DNA of 64,000 nt from Candidatus Woesearchaeota archaeon. Its GTDB lineage: Archaea; Nanobdellota; Nanobdellia; SCGC-AAA011-G17; JACPNG01. Under the pieces are notes generated by a model, which saw only the letters and a list, made by a program, of their open reading frames with translations, ran no database searches and was not told the DNA's origin. Position numbers and translations under genes: made by a program. Position 1 is the first letter of the stretch. Each line of letters starts with the position of its first letter. Shown in pieces: positions 8,263-17,871 of this stretch. The DNA is taken from NCBI GenBank assembly GCA_016185615.1, contig JACPNE010000005.1, positions 33,622 to 97,621 of the forward strand, written 5' to 3'.

Positions 8263-9903
8263 ATGCAACTAAAAATGAGGATAATACTTTTTTGGATTTT
8301 TTTATTGATATTAATTAATTCTAATAATATATATGCCCAATTTAAGGACAATAATACATTGGATTGTGATGATAATAATCCCAATATTTTTCCGGGAGCT
8401 ATAGAAATTTGTAATGATAATCTTGATAATAACTGTAATATGGATCAAAGCATTTTATTTGACACTGATCCAAATACAGGAAAAGACTTAAATGATATTG
8501 AATGCTGCAATTTATTGTCAGCCCAATGGTCTACATCATCAACTTCAATAGGATCATTAGTCACATTAAGTGTTACGGGAACATTTGGATGCCTTAATAC
8601 ATTAGTTAACTTTCAAGTATTTGAGGATGATACCCCACCGAATGCTGATGATGCTGTAACAAAAAATCCAACAAGTGCTACTTTCCAGAATAATACAGCT
8701 GTAACAACATGGATAGCAGAATGGCAGGATGACGGAATAGGAAATCCGGAATATTATTTCATTGCTTCTTCACAATTTGATACACAAACATCTTCTGCTC
8801 CCTTGTTGATAGTATCAGAGGGAGTAGTTGAATGCGGGGATGGAAATTTGGATTTGGGAGAAACATGTTTTAGTTGCCCTAATGATGCTGGCTGTAATAA
8901 TAATCAAACTTGCTTAAATCAAAATGATACATGGCAATGTGTTATTCCTGGAAGTAATCCTGTTTGCGGAAATAAAATTTTAGAAATTGGAGAGACTTGT
9001 TTGACATGTTCACAAGATCTTCCAACTGGATTTTGCCAGAATATCTGCAATAATAATGGGGTATGTGATATAGGAGAAACATGTTTATGTGGGGAATGTT
9101 TAGGAGAACAAAGTACTTGTATTATTGGAAATGTATGTAATCAGCAAGGATTATGCTCAATTGGAATTGATGATGGATTATGTACAGGAGATGAAGATGC
9201 AAAGAATGATGATCCTGAATGCTGCAATGTTATAAGCGCTAACTGGAATACAAATATTGCTCCTGCAAATTCATTAGTAAAATTAATTGTACAGGGCAAT
9301 GAATATTGCCAAGGAAGAGATGTTTCATTTAGTGTATTCGAGGATGAGATTGGAAGCGATACTTATGTTCCTCCAGATCCTTCACCAAAGACATTTAACA
9401 ATGAAAGCAAGGCTGAATCTGAATGGACTGTAGCTAATTTAGATGACGGATTCTTCCAGGATCAAGCTGAGTTTTACTTCAATGCTTCATCTGGAATAAG
9501 TTCAATTATATCTGAATTATTAGAAACCATTATTTGTGAGGAAGATGATAGTGATTGTGACGGAGTTAAAGACATAGATGATAAATGTCCAGATACTCCA
9601 ATAGAGGAAATCAAGAATGTAGACCCAACAGGATGTGCACAAGGAGAGGCTTCTTGTGTAATAGAATGGGATTGCTCAAATACAGTATGGAGCGAATGTA
9701 ATGAGCAAGGCTACAGAACAAGAGACATAACTAAATGTACATATAATGGAAATAATGAAATATGCAGGACAAAATTCAAGCCATTAGAGCAACAGCCTTG
9801 CTTGGTTGATGAATCATTTCCAGTATTTACAACTTATAATATAATACTATCATTATTATTCATTACAATGTATTATTTCTTAAGCCTTAAAATAAAGAGA
9901 TAA
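8263..9903 (+). CDS. Cysteine-rich surface protein with two copies of a roughly 100-aa domain and a C-terminal TM anchor
   Basis: Signal peptide. CDDNNPNIFPGAIEICNDNLDNNCN motif. Duplicated ECCN(L/V)(L/I)SA(Q/N)W...F(Q/S)VFED(D/E) domains. Three G(D/E)TC..C Myxococcus-type Cys-rich repeats. C-terminal hydrophobic helix followed by KIKR. Confidence 0.6.
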   Translation: MQLKMRIILFWIFLLILINSNNIYAQFKDNNTLDCDDNNPNIFPGAIEICNDNLDNNCNMDQSILFDTDPNTGKDLNDIECCNLLSAQWSTSSTSIGSLVTLSVTGTFGCLNTLVNFQVFEDDTPPNADDAVTKNPTSATFQNNTAVTTWIAEWQDDGIGNPEYYFIASSQFDTQTSSAPLLIVSEGVVECGDGNLDLGETCFSCPNDAGCNNNQTCLNQNDTWQCVIPGSNPVCGNKILEIGETCLTCSQDLPTGFCQNICNNNGVCDIGETCLCGECLGEQSTCIIGNVCNQQGLCSIGIDDGLCTGDEDAKNDDPECCNVISANWNTNIAPANSLVKLIVQGNEYCQGRDVSFSVFEDEIGSDTYVPPDPSPKTFNNESKAESEWTVANLDDGFFQDQAEFYFNASSGISSIISELLETIICEEDDSDCDGVKDIDDKCPDTPIEEIKNVDPTGCAQGEASCVIEWDCSNTVWSECNEQGYRTRDITKCTYNGNNEICRTKFKPLEQQPCLVDESFPVFTTYNIILSLLFITMYYFLSLKIKR

Positions 9904-10414
9904 TCCCGCTAAATACTTTTGCTCCGTCAAAGGGCCCGAATGGTATCATGTTGAAGAAGAATAATATTATATTAATTCTTTTTGTTAAAGCTAAAATAGT
10001 CATCTGTTTTGGGGATAGTCTATTATGATATTTTAATATAAAATAAGCTATCACCCATAATAATAAATTAGTAAATGGGCCCGCAAAAGCAACTATAGCA
10101 CCATCTAATGGATTTGTAAATGGAATTGAGACATAACCTGGAACTAGAATTAAGAAAGGGGACCCTATTGCTTTTAGAAATACACCCAAAGCTAATCCAA
10201 GATAACTAGCAAAGAATTCTGCATTCAATCCGAGAAATATTGCTACAAACTTGTGCATTAATTCATGTAGTATAACTGCAGGAGCTGCAACATAAATAGA
10301 CAATTTTAATGAATCATAATTTGACATAGAAGGAAATCTCATAAACCCCGAGAATATGTAACCTATTCCTATAGTTACTATAATCATCCTTACTATTTCA
10401 ATTAAAGAAATCAT
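9887..10414 (-). CDS. M50/site-2-protease-family membrane metalloprotease
   Basis: HELMHKF (HExxH) within a polytopic membrane protein. Confidence 0.65.
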   Translation of the reverse strand: MISLIEIVRMIIVTIGIGYIFSGFMRFPSMSNYDSLKLSIYVAAPAVILHELMHKFVAIFLGLNAEFFASYLGLALGVFLKAIGSPFLILVPGYVSIPFTNPLDGAIVAFAGPFTNLLLWVIAYFILKYHNRLSPKQMTILALTKRINIILFFFNMIPFGPFDGAKVFSGIISLF

Positions 10415-10416
10415 TT

Positions 10417-10527
10417 TTATGAAGCTATATACAATCCTTCTTCTAATTCAGGCTCTTCAGAATCTGTTTCACTATATTCATCAATTATTCTTCTCTGCAT
10501 TATTTTTATATATTTCTTAGTTTTCAT
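10417..10527 (-). CDS. Possible 36-aa small protein translationally coupled to the M50 protease gene
   Basis: My own translation gives MKTKKYIKIMQRRIIDEYSETDSEEPELEEGLYIAS. Its stop lies 2 nt before the M50 ATG. It is absent from the supplied ORF track because it is under 60 aa. Confidence 0.25.
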   Translation of the reverse strand: MKTKKYIKIMQRRIIDEYSETDSEEPELEEGLYIAS

Positions 10528-10603
10528 AATTATCATAATATGATTATATTTAAAAGATTTTCCATTAAAGTTTAATTATATTTAAAAGTCTGTAAAACAT
10601 ATT

Positions 10604-11803
10604 ATGTTTATGTACAGAAAATTTAATCCTAAAGATATTAAGTATGATTCTTTGTTCAAGAATGTGCTAATGGAGGAATTTTCAGGAAATAGCCCTCCAG
10701 CAGTATTTGTAGGATCGAAATTATATCCAAATTTAAATGTCGGAATTTTAAGTCCTCCTGAAAAAGTGGAAAACTCATGGATGTATGATGCCCAAAGATA
10801 TTGGTCTGAAAAAGAATTTACAATAAAAGACATATTAAACTTTAGAGCCAGGTTAATCAATTCAAGGTTTAAGGCAAATATAAATGATGTCAGGAACTCA
10901 AATAGATTTTTAGAGATGTCTCAGGAAATTGCTATGGCATATAAGCCAGTTGACATTGAGGTTGAGCTAAAAAAGAAAATAAAAGTTGTGATGGACTATG
11001 ACAACATAAACATGCCAATGGGGCCAAGGGCTGAATTAAAGAATGCAGTTATTACAGAAAATCCAAAGATACACACAAAAGTTGACAAAGTTGTTTCTGA
11101 TACTGATCTAAAGGCAAATGAGGCAATAAAATACTTGTATGAAAATAAGTTTGATGAGAATACATTAATCAAATTATTGTCTATAGGTACATTGGGATTA
11201 AAGAAAAACAGAAAATTAGTTCCTACAAGATGGAGCATTACTGCAACAGATGACTCAATTGGAAAAGCCATAAGGGAAGAAATTCTTGACTATAACTCAA
11301 TTGATGATTATAGGCTATATTATGGAAATTATCTTGGGAATTATTATTTTGTTTTAATGTTTCCGGATATCTTTAGCTATGAGTTGTTTGAGTTATATCT
11401 GCCAAAAAGCGCATGGAATCAGACAGATGAGACAGCGGTATCAACAGATTATGAGGATTGTTTTGGAAGAAAAGAATATGCCTCTAATACTGTCGGCGGC
11501 TATTATGCAGCTAGGTTAGGAATACTGGAAAAATTAAAAGAGATTAAAAGACAAGCTTCTGTCTTAGTCATCAGATTTGAGACCCCAGAATATTGGGCTA
11601 GTTTGGGAGTCTGGGTGGTGAGACAAGCTTCTAGAAAATCATTAGTTAATGAGCCAATAATATTTGATAATAAAGAAGATTTATTGAAAAAAACAAAAGA
11701 GTTAGTTCTTAGAATTTTAGGATTTAAAATAGATTATACTCTTGATCAAAGCATTTTACTAAAAAAATTAAGACAGCAAAGAAGATTAACAAGCTTTTTC
11801 TAA
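10604..11803 (+). CDS. nreA: Archaeal Nre-family DNA-repair protein (NreA-like) with C-terminal PIP box
   Basis: N-terminal F.GNSPPAVFVGSKLYPNLNVGILSPP is typical of the DUF650/DUF651 Nre family. The C-terminus QRRLTSFF fits QxxLxxFF. Confidence 0.7.
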   Translation: MFMYRKFNPKDIKYDSLFKNVLMEEFSGNSPPAVFVGSKLYPNLNVGILSPPEKVENSWMYDAQRYWSEKEFTIKDILNFRARLINSRFKANINDVRNSNRFLEMSQEIAMAYKPVDIEVELKKKIKVVMDYDNINMPMGPRAELKNAVITENPKIHTKVDKVVSDTDLKANEAIKYLYENKFDENTLIKLLSIGTLGLKKNRKLVPTRWSITATDDSIGKAIREEILDYNSIDDYRLYYGNYLGNYYFVLMFPDIFSYELFELYLPKSAWNQTDETAVSTDYEDCFGRKEYASNTVGGYYAARLGILEKLKEIKRQASVLVIRFETPEYWASLGVWVVRQASRKSLVNEPIIFDNKEDLLKKTKELVLRILGFKIDYTLDQSILLKKLRQQRRLTSFF

Positions 11804-12711
11804 TTATATTTTCCGATATTTCTATCATATGATGGGGGTATAAATAAAAGTTCATTAATTGCTAGCTTATTTGGATTCTTTTTTGAATTTAACATAATAA
11901 TATTTTTAGGATCTACACCATGTAAACTAGCTATCAAGCTTATTGTATCGTTTGGCTTTACTAAATAACCTGTAATGCTCTTCCTTTCTTCTGAGAATAA
12001 AGGTTTCTTTGCTGGATATAATCCAAATTTATTCGGATTATTTAATATTGAGTCATAAGCCCCGACACCAAGGACAAATTTCTTAGTTTCATTAGGAACA
12101 TGTCTCAATTTTTTTATTCTTTCTCTTCCATGTCTATTAATTATTTTATTGGTTTCTCCCATCCCATAATTATAAGCAATAAGTGCTAATACCATATCGT
12201 CATTATATAGATTGTATAAACTTTTGAGATAATTAGCCCCAGCTAAAATCGATTTTGGGTGATATCTCTCATCGAATTTACCAATTTTTAAACCAAGCTC
12301 TTTGGCTGTTTGTGGCATAAGCTGTACAAGCCCAACAGCCCCTCTTGGAGATCTTGCTCTTGGATCTACATTTGATTCCATTATTACAAGAGCACTAATT
12401 AACTCTTTTCTTATTACAGACTGATTAATGAAATTATTATATGGGGTTAACTTAGATATAGAATCTTCTAATAATGCTTTTTTTGTACAATATTCTTTGC
12501 CATTACAATCTGTTAATTTATTGACTCTTTCTTTTATTAGATTCTCTAATCCTGAAACCCATTCTCTTGGAGCAGCCTTCTGAGATTCTTGAATTGTCTC
12601 TTCTTCTATAATAATTTTTTTTGACTCTTCATAGCTTTCCAACTTAGAAGGGATCATAGCTAAAGCTAATGATAACATACTAGTCCCCAAAATTTTGTAT
12701 ATTTTTTTCAT
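11800..12711 (-). CDS. Secreted soluble lytic transglycosylase (SLT, GH23) with C-terminal LysM domain
   Basis: Signal peptide. ESNVDPRARSPRGAVGLVQLMP carries the SLT catalytic Glu motif, with AYNYG downstream. C-terminal YLVKPNDTISLIASLHGVDPKNIIMLN is LysM-like. Confidence 0.75.
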   Translation of the reverse strand: MKKIYKILGTSMLSLALAMIPSKLESYEESKKIIIEEETIQESQKAAPREWVSGLENLIKERVNKLTDCNGKEYCTKKALLEDSISKLTPYNNFINQSVIRKELISALVIMESNVDPRARSPRGAVGLVQLMPQTAKELGLKIGKFDERYHPKSILAGANYLKSLYNLYNDDMVLALIAYNYGMGETNKIINRHGRERIKKLRHVPNETKKFVLGVGAYDSILNNPNKFGLYPAKKPLFSEERKSITGYLVKPNDTISLIASLHGVDPKNIIMLNSKKNPNKLAINELLFIPPSYDRNIGKYN

Positions 12712-12777
12712 TTTTCTAGAAAGGGTGTTTTTGTAGTTAACTAATATATAAAACTTTCTAAAAATAATAGATAATAA

Positions 12778-13173
12778 TCAAAATAAATTTGAGTATACCC
12801 CATAATCCCATGAACAATTTCTACGTAATCTATACATCTGTGTAGGATAAATTAATCCTTTTATCTTTAATTCTTGAGCATTAATATTAGGATTGTCGAT
12901 ATGAAACATACCAATTAAATCACTTGTTCTAACAGGAGTTTCTCCTTTATTCTCATTAATGAACTGTCTTGTATTTTGTCCACTCTTTGGACTTTTCATT
13001 ATAATCTCACATTTTACATCTGGATTTATTAATTTTGGCAAGTCTGAAACAGAGTTACCTATTTGTTCAGGAAAAATTGATATTACTCCAGCCAATGCTA
13101 AAGCAGCTAATGGTGGTCCATATGTTTTTAGATTACTTGGCACTTTTATACTTTGAACAGCATGATCTCTCAT
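12778..13173 (-). CDS. Hypothetical membrane-anchored protein upstream of the SLT gene
   Basis: One N-terminal hydrophobic segment (PPLAALALAGVISIF). No recognisable motif. Confidence 0.4.
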   Translation of the reverse strand: MRDHAVQSIKVPSNLKTYGPPLAALALAGVISIFPEQIGNSVSDLPKLINPDVKCEIIMKSPKSGQNTRQFINENKGETPVRTSDLIGMFHIDNPNINAQELKIKGLIYPTQMYRLRRNCSWDYGVYSNLF

Positions 13174-13267
13174 TTTTATCTCCTTTAAATATAATTTTTG
13201 ATATAAAACACTAAGAATTAATCATTTATAAACCTTTCGTTTTGTAACTACTAAATAATAATGAAAA

Positions 13268-13471
13268 TTATCCCTTCAAGTCACTGAATCCCAATAATAG
13301 GAATATCAATCCGAGGAATATTACAAACAATAGTATTCCGCCTTTGATTATTATTAATGCTGCTGCTCCCCATGATCTGAAGAAATCAACTGCCAATACT
13401 AGATATATTGGAAGAACAATCAAAACCAAACCAAAAACAAGTTTAAATAAGCTAGATATTGCGTTTGCCAT
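13268..13471 (-). CDS. Small integral membrane protein (2 TM)
   Basis: 67 aa, almost entirely hydrophobic. Confidence 0.4.
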   Translation of the reverse strand: MANAISSLFKLVFGLVLIVLPIYLVLAVDFFRSWGAAALIIIKGGILLFVIFLGLIFLLLGFSDLKG

Positions 13472-13635
13472 GTCATCCTCTAATGTGTTTAATTTAAATA
13501 TTTATGTGCGAAGTTAAATATATTTCTTAACAAATCCATTATAATCGTCAGATACCTTTATAAATTTGCATTTTATTTAAAGACAATAAAGAGGCACTAG
13601 ATAGCCTTACGCTTTCTAGTTTATTAAAACATTAC

Positions 13636-14199
13636 ATGGTGTATTTAATGTTGAATAAACAAGAATTTATTGATATAAGACAGGAACTGGAAGATACAGA
13701 GAATAGCAGAGAAGAGATAATCCAAAGGTCAAGAGAAATAATAAAAATTTCTAAGCTTATAATCTACTCATTGCATAGAGATGATTTAGAAAAGGCAGAG
13801 TCATTGATTATAGATATAAAAGAACATATTAATCAGCTTAACAGGAAAGAGATTAATTCTAACATAAATAAAGTAGCCCTTCAAGAATATACAGAGGCAC
13901 TTTGCTATTATGAATTTGTAAAAAACAAAAGGATCCCATTGAGAAAAGAATTAAATGTCGAGACAGAAGATTATTTATCCGGATTATGCGACTTAATTGG
14001 AGAATTGGTTAGAAAAGCAGTCAATGAAGTGATAAATAAAAATATTGATAAAGCTATAGAAATAAGAGATTTGATTGATAAGATATATGGGGAGTTTTTG
14101 ATGTTTAATCTTAGGAATGGAGAACTAAGAAAAAAGATGGATTCAATAAAATGGAATCTTAAAAAAATGGATGAGATTATATTGAGTGCAAGAACATGA
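13636..14199 (+). CDS. Translin-family protein
   Basis: REEIIQRSREIIKISKLIIYSLHR...EDYLSGLCDLIGELVR matches the helical translin pattern. The stop overlaps the aspS start (ATGA). Confidence 0.55.
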   Translation: MVYLMLNKQEFIDIRQELEDTENSREEIIQRSREIIKISKLIIYSLHRDDLEKAESLIIDIKEHINQLNRKEINSNINKVALQEYTEALCYYEFVKNKRIPLRKELNVETEDYLSGLCDLIGELVRKAVNEVINKNIDKAIEIRDLIDKIYGEFLMFNLRNGELRKKMDSIKWNLKKMDEIILSART

Positions 14200-15485
14200 A
14201 CAGAACATACATTAATGATGTAAAACAAAGCCTTGATGGCAAGGAAGTTTTACTAAATGGATGGATACATGAAATAAGGGACCAAAGCAAGATAAAATTT
14301 ATTTTGTTAAGGGATATTTCTGGAATAATACAGCTAGTTTCAAAACAAGAAGATAAATTCTTCAATGACATTGTCAAAATTCCAAGAGAGTCTGTTGTGG
14401 AGATTAAAGGTATAGTAAAGAAAAGTAATCAGGCCCCAAATGGAATTGAAGTTTTTATCAAGGATTATAAAATATTAAATGAAGCTGAAAATTTACCAAT
14501 TCCAATAGTTGAGAAAGGAGATTCAACTACTTCATTACCTAAAAGATTAGACTATAGATCATTAGACTTGCATAATCTAAGAACACAAGCAATCTTCAAA
14601 ATACAATCAGAAATTGCCAATTCATTTAGAAGATATTTTTATGAAAATGGGTTTATAGAAATACAACCGCCATGCATTATTTCATCCGCTTCTGAGGGTG
14701 GAACTGAGCTATTCAAAGTAAAATATTTTGAGAAGGATGCTTATTTGGCCCAGAGTCCACAATTATATAAGCAGATGTGCGTTACTTCATTAGAAAAAGT
14801 TACAATGATAGTTCCTGTATGGAGAGCGGAAAAACACAACACTATAAGGCATATTAATGAGACAAGGCAGATGGATATAGAGATGGCATTTGCTGATGAG
14901 TTTACTGTTATGGAGCAATTATCAAAATGTGTGCAATATATTGTCAAGAATGTTATTGAAAAATGCGAGAATGAATTAGATTTCTTAAAAATAAAATTGA
15001 AGGTTCCAAAGGACAAATATCTTACTTATACTGAAACAATTAAATTATTGAACAAGAATGGATTGAAATTGGAAGATGGAGATGATTTGTCTCCTGAATC
15101 TGAAAGAAGATTATGTGAATTATTCAAGGATACAATTGTTTTTGTACATGACTGGCCTTTGAAGATAAAACCATTCTATATAATGCCTAAAACCTTAGAT
15201 AAAAATGAAAAACTTTCAAGGGGATTTGATGCTATTTATGGAGGAATAGAAATAAGCTCAGGAGGACAAAGGGTTCACTTGGTTAATATTCTGATAAAAC
15301 AATTAAAGGATAAGAAATTAAATCCAGATAATTTTGAGCATTACATAAATGCTTTCAAATATGGGGCTCCACAACATGGTGGCTGGAGTATTGGATTAGA
15401 AAGATTTACGATGGCTTTGCTTGGATTAGACAATATAAGAGAAGGGACATTATTCCCAAGAGACAGAGACAGATTAATTCCATAA
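14196..15485 (+). CDS. aspS: Aspartyl-tRNA synthetase, archaeal type (probably non-discriminating, given the adjacent gatCAB)
   Basis: OB-fold N-terminus followed by class II motifs (FRAE-like VWRAEKHNT, GGIEISSGGQR, GGWSIGLERF). Confidence 0.9.
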   Translation: MNRTYINDVKQSLDGKEVLLNGWIHEIRDQSKIKFILLRDISGIIQLVSKQEDKFFNDIVKIPRESVVEIKGIVKKSNQAPNGIEVFIKDYKILNEAENLPIPIVEKGDSTTSLPKRLDYRSLDLHNLRTQAIFKIQSEIANSFRRYFYENGFIEIQPPCIISSASEGGTELFKVKYFEKDAYLAQSPQLYKQMCVTSLEKVTMIVPVWRAEKHNTIRHINETRQMDIEMAFADEFTVMEQLSKCVQYIVKNVIEKCENELDFLKIKLKVPKDKYLTYTETIKLLNKNGLKLEDGDDLSPESERRLCELFKDTIVFVHDWPLKIKPFYIMPKTLDKNEKLSRGFDAIYGGIEISSGGQRVHLVNILIKQLKDKKLNPDNFEHYINAFKYGAPQHGGWSIGLERFTMALLGLDNIREGTLFPRDRDRLIP

Positions 15486-15486
15486 A

Positions 15487-15762
15487 ATGGGTGCTTATAA
15501 AAATAATACAAAAGTAGAACATCTTAGAAGACCAGTTTTAGGAGAGGAGATTTGTTATTCTTGTAATGGATTTATTAATCATTTAAGAACTTTATTTCCA
15601 ATAGATTATTATAGGATTACAACAAGGACATATGATGGAAGAATTGAGAGGAGTTGTTTAGTCCATGAATCATGCTTTAAAGAGAATGTACAAAGATCTT
15701 TGGGCAAACATGAATTATTTATAACAGCAAAAATATTAGACTTAAGCTCATTTGCAAGATGA
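15487..15762 (+). CDS. Hypothetical Cys-containing small protein between aspS and gatC
   Basis: CYSC...CLVHESC may bind zinc. Tightly packed: starts 2 nt after aspS and overlaps gatC by 4 nt. Confidence 0.4.
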   Translation: MGAYKNNTKVEHLRRPVLGEEICYSCNGFINHLRTLFPIDYYRITTRTYDGRIERSCLVHESCFKENVQRSLGKHELFITAKILDLSSFAR

Positions 15763-16043
15763 AAGTTAACAAAGAATTAATAGAAAAAGTAGCTGAAAAT
15801 GCCAGAATAAAACTGTCAAAGAAAGAATTGGAAGAATTTGTTCCACAATTTAATGAAATAATCAATGTTTTTTCTAAATTAGACAAACTCGATGTAAAAA
15901 ATATAAAGCCAAGTTTTCAACCTTTTGAATCAAAAAATGTTTTTAGGGAGGATATTATTAAAAAAAGTTTAACGCAGGAAGAAGCTTTGAGGAATACAAA
16001 AAACAAAAAGAATGGTTATTTTAAAGGACCAAGAATAATATGA
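15759..16043 (+). CDS. gatC: Asp/Glu-tRNA amidotransferase subunit C
   Basis: Typical GatC length and sequence (KELIEKVAENARIKLSKKELEEF...REDI). Confidence 0.8.
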   Translation: MKVNKELIEKVAENARIKLSKKELEEFVPQFNEIINVFSKLDKLDVKNIKPSFQPFESKNVFREDIIKKSLTQEEALRNTKNKKNGYFKGPRII

Positions 16044-16489
16044 TAAAAGAATTATCTAAAAATGATGTTAATGAAGTTGCAACTTTACTTAGGAGATATT
16101 GGAGTACTAGAGGGATGAAATATAGTCAGAAATGGACTTTAGATTATTTAAAAAAAGGACATAAAATTGAGTTGAAGAAGGAAAAATTTTTTGTATTAAA
16201 AGAAAAGGAGATAATGGGATATATATCAATTTTAATTTGGGAGGGAAATTTAGCAGAACTTAGGGATTTAGTTGTTAAAGAGGAATATAAAGGAAAAAAT
16301 TATGGAAAACAACTTGTAAATCATGCTTTAACTTGGTGTAAAAATAATAAAATAAGAAAAGTTATGGCTTTATCATTTCCAAAATATAAAAAATTTATAG
16401 AAAAATTTGGATTTAGGCAAGAAGGTTATTTAAAAGATCATTTTACAGAAGGAGAAGACTTATTATTTATGTCTCTAAAATTAAAATGA
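16040..16489 (+). CDS. GNAT-family N-acetyltransferase inserted between gatC and gatA
   Basis: LVVKEEYKGKNYGKQLVNHAL is the acetyl-CoA-binding Q/RxxGxG/A-like motif. ATGA overlaps on both sides. Confidence 0.7.
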   Translation: MIKELSKNDVNEVATLLRRYWSTRGMKYSQKWTLDYLKKGHKIELKKEKFFVLKEKEIMGYISILIWEGNLAELRDLVVKEEYKGKNYGKQLVNHALTWCKNNKIRKVMALSFPKYKKFIEKFGFRQEGYLKDHFTEGEDLLFMSLKLK

Positions 16490-17871
16490 ATATTAAGGAT
16501 TTCATTAAAGAAGTAAAGTCTGGAAATATTGATGTAGTTGAACACACAAATAAAATTCTTGACGAAGCTAAAAAAATAAACAAAGATTATCATTATTTCA
16601 ATGTCATAAGTGAAGAATTGGCTTTAGAGCAATCAAATGAGATAAAAAAGAGATTAAAAAAAGATAACAAGGGAAAATTATTGGGAGTTCCTGTTTCTGT
16701 TAAGGATTGTGTCTGTGTTAAGGGAGTAGAAACTACTTCAGGAAGTAGAATATTGAAAGGATACAAACCGTTATTTAATGCTACTGTAATCCAGAAGATA
16801 ATAAATGAAGGCGGTATTATAATAGGAAAAACCTCTCAAGATGAATTTGGATTCGGTGGATTTAATACTAATGTTGGATTAGATTATGAGATTCCAAGAA
16901 ATCCTATAGATAAAGAAAGAGTTACTGGGGGAAGTTCAGGAGGAGCAGCTGGTTTTACTAAGATTACAAAGAATGCACACATTGCTATAGCAGAATCAAC
17001 AGGAGGAAGTATTGTAAATCCAGCTTCATTTTGCGGAGTAGTTGGATTATGTCCAACTTATGGATTGGTTTCCAGATATGGGTTAATAGATTATGCTAAT
17101 AGCCTTGATAAAATTGGGGGAATAGGAAAGAATGTAGAAGATGTTGATTTGTTATTAGATGTTATTAAAGGACATGATGAAAACGACTCTACATCATTAA
17201 ATAAAGATACAAATAAAAATTCAGAAGTTAAAAAAATAGGAATAATAAAAGAGGCTTTTAATGTTGATTCTGAAATCAAAGATAAAATATTAGATAGAAT
17301 CAATGGATTAGGAATAAAATATGAATATGTTTCATTGCCTATATCCGTTGAATATGGAATTCCTACTTATTATTTAATTGCTCCTTCTGAAGCAAGCACA
17401 AATCTGGCAAAATACTCTGGAATGAGATATGGGGTACATGAAGAATTAGATGAAGTTTACAATGAGTATTTTACTAAAGTAAGAAGTGATAATTTCGGAA
17501 AGGAAGCTAAACGTAGAATAATGATTGGAACTTTTGCAAGGATGGCAGGTTACAGGGATGCATACTATTTAAAGGCAATGAAAATTAGAACATTGATAAT
17601 TGAGGAATATCAAAAAGCTTTCAAGAAATTTGATGTTTTACTAAGTCCAACTGTTCCCATTGTTGCTCCTAAGATAAAAGAAGTCGATAAATTAAGCATT
17701 GTTGAAAATTATATGATTGATATGCTTACTGTTGGTCCAAATTTGGCAGGATTACCCCATATAAGTGTTAATGTTGGAAACAATAAAGAGAATATGCCTA
17801 TTGGAGCAATGTTCATCGGAAATTATTTGGATGAGAAAAAGTTAATTGAAGTTGGAAAAAAAATAAAATAA
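16486..17871 (+). CDS. gatA: Asp/Glu-tRNA amidotransferase subunit A (amidase)
   Basis: Amidase signature GGSSGGAAG, KD...S catalytic context, typical length. Confidence 0.9.
   Translation: MNIKDFIKEVKSGNIDVVEHTNKILDEAKKINKDYHYFNVISEELALEQSNEIKKRLKKDNKGKLLGVPVSVKDCVCVKGVETTSGSRILKGYKPLFNATVIQKIINEGGIIIGKTSQDEFGFGGFNTNVGLDYEIPRNPIDKERVTGGSSGGAAGFTKITKNAHIAIAESTGGSIVNPASFCGVVGLCPTYGLVSRYGLIDYANSLDKIGGIGKNVEDVDLLLDVIKGHDENDSTSLNKDTNKNSEVKKIGIIKEAFNVDSEIKDKILDRINGLGIKYEYVSLPISVEYGIPTYYLIAPSEASTNLAKYSGMRYGVHEELDEVYNEYFTKVRSDNFGKEAKRRIMIGTFARMAGYRDAYYLKAMKIRTLIIEEYQKAFKKFDVLLSPTVPIVAPKIKEVDKLSIVENYMIDMLTVGPNLAGLPHISVNVGNNKENMPIGAMFIGNYLDEKKLIEVGKKIK

Noticed and set aside
13590-13612. The palindrome CTAGA...TCTAG upstream of the translin-like gene, considered as a regulatory site or small RNA.
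   Set aside because: It has only a 5-bp stem, no second copy, and lies in an ordinary promoter region. The evidence is too weak to call.
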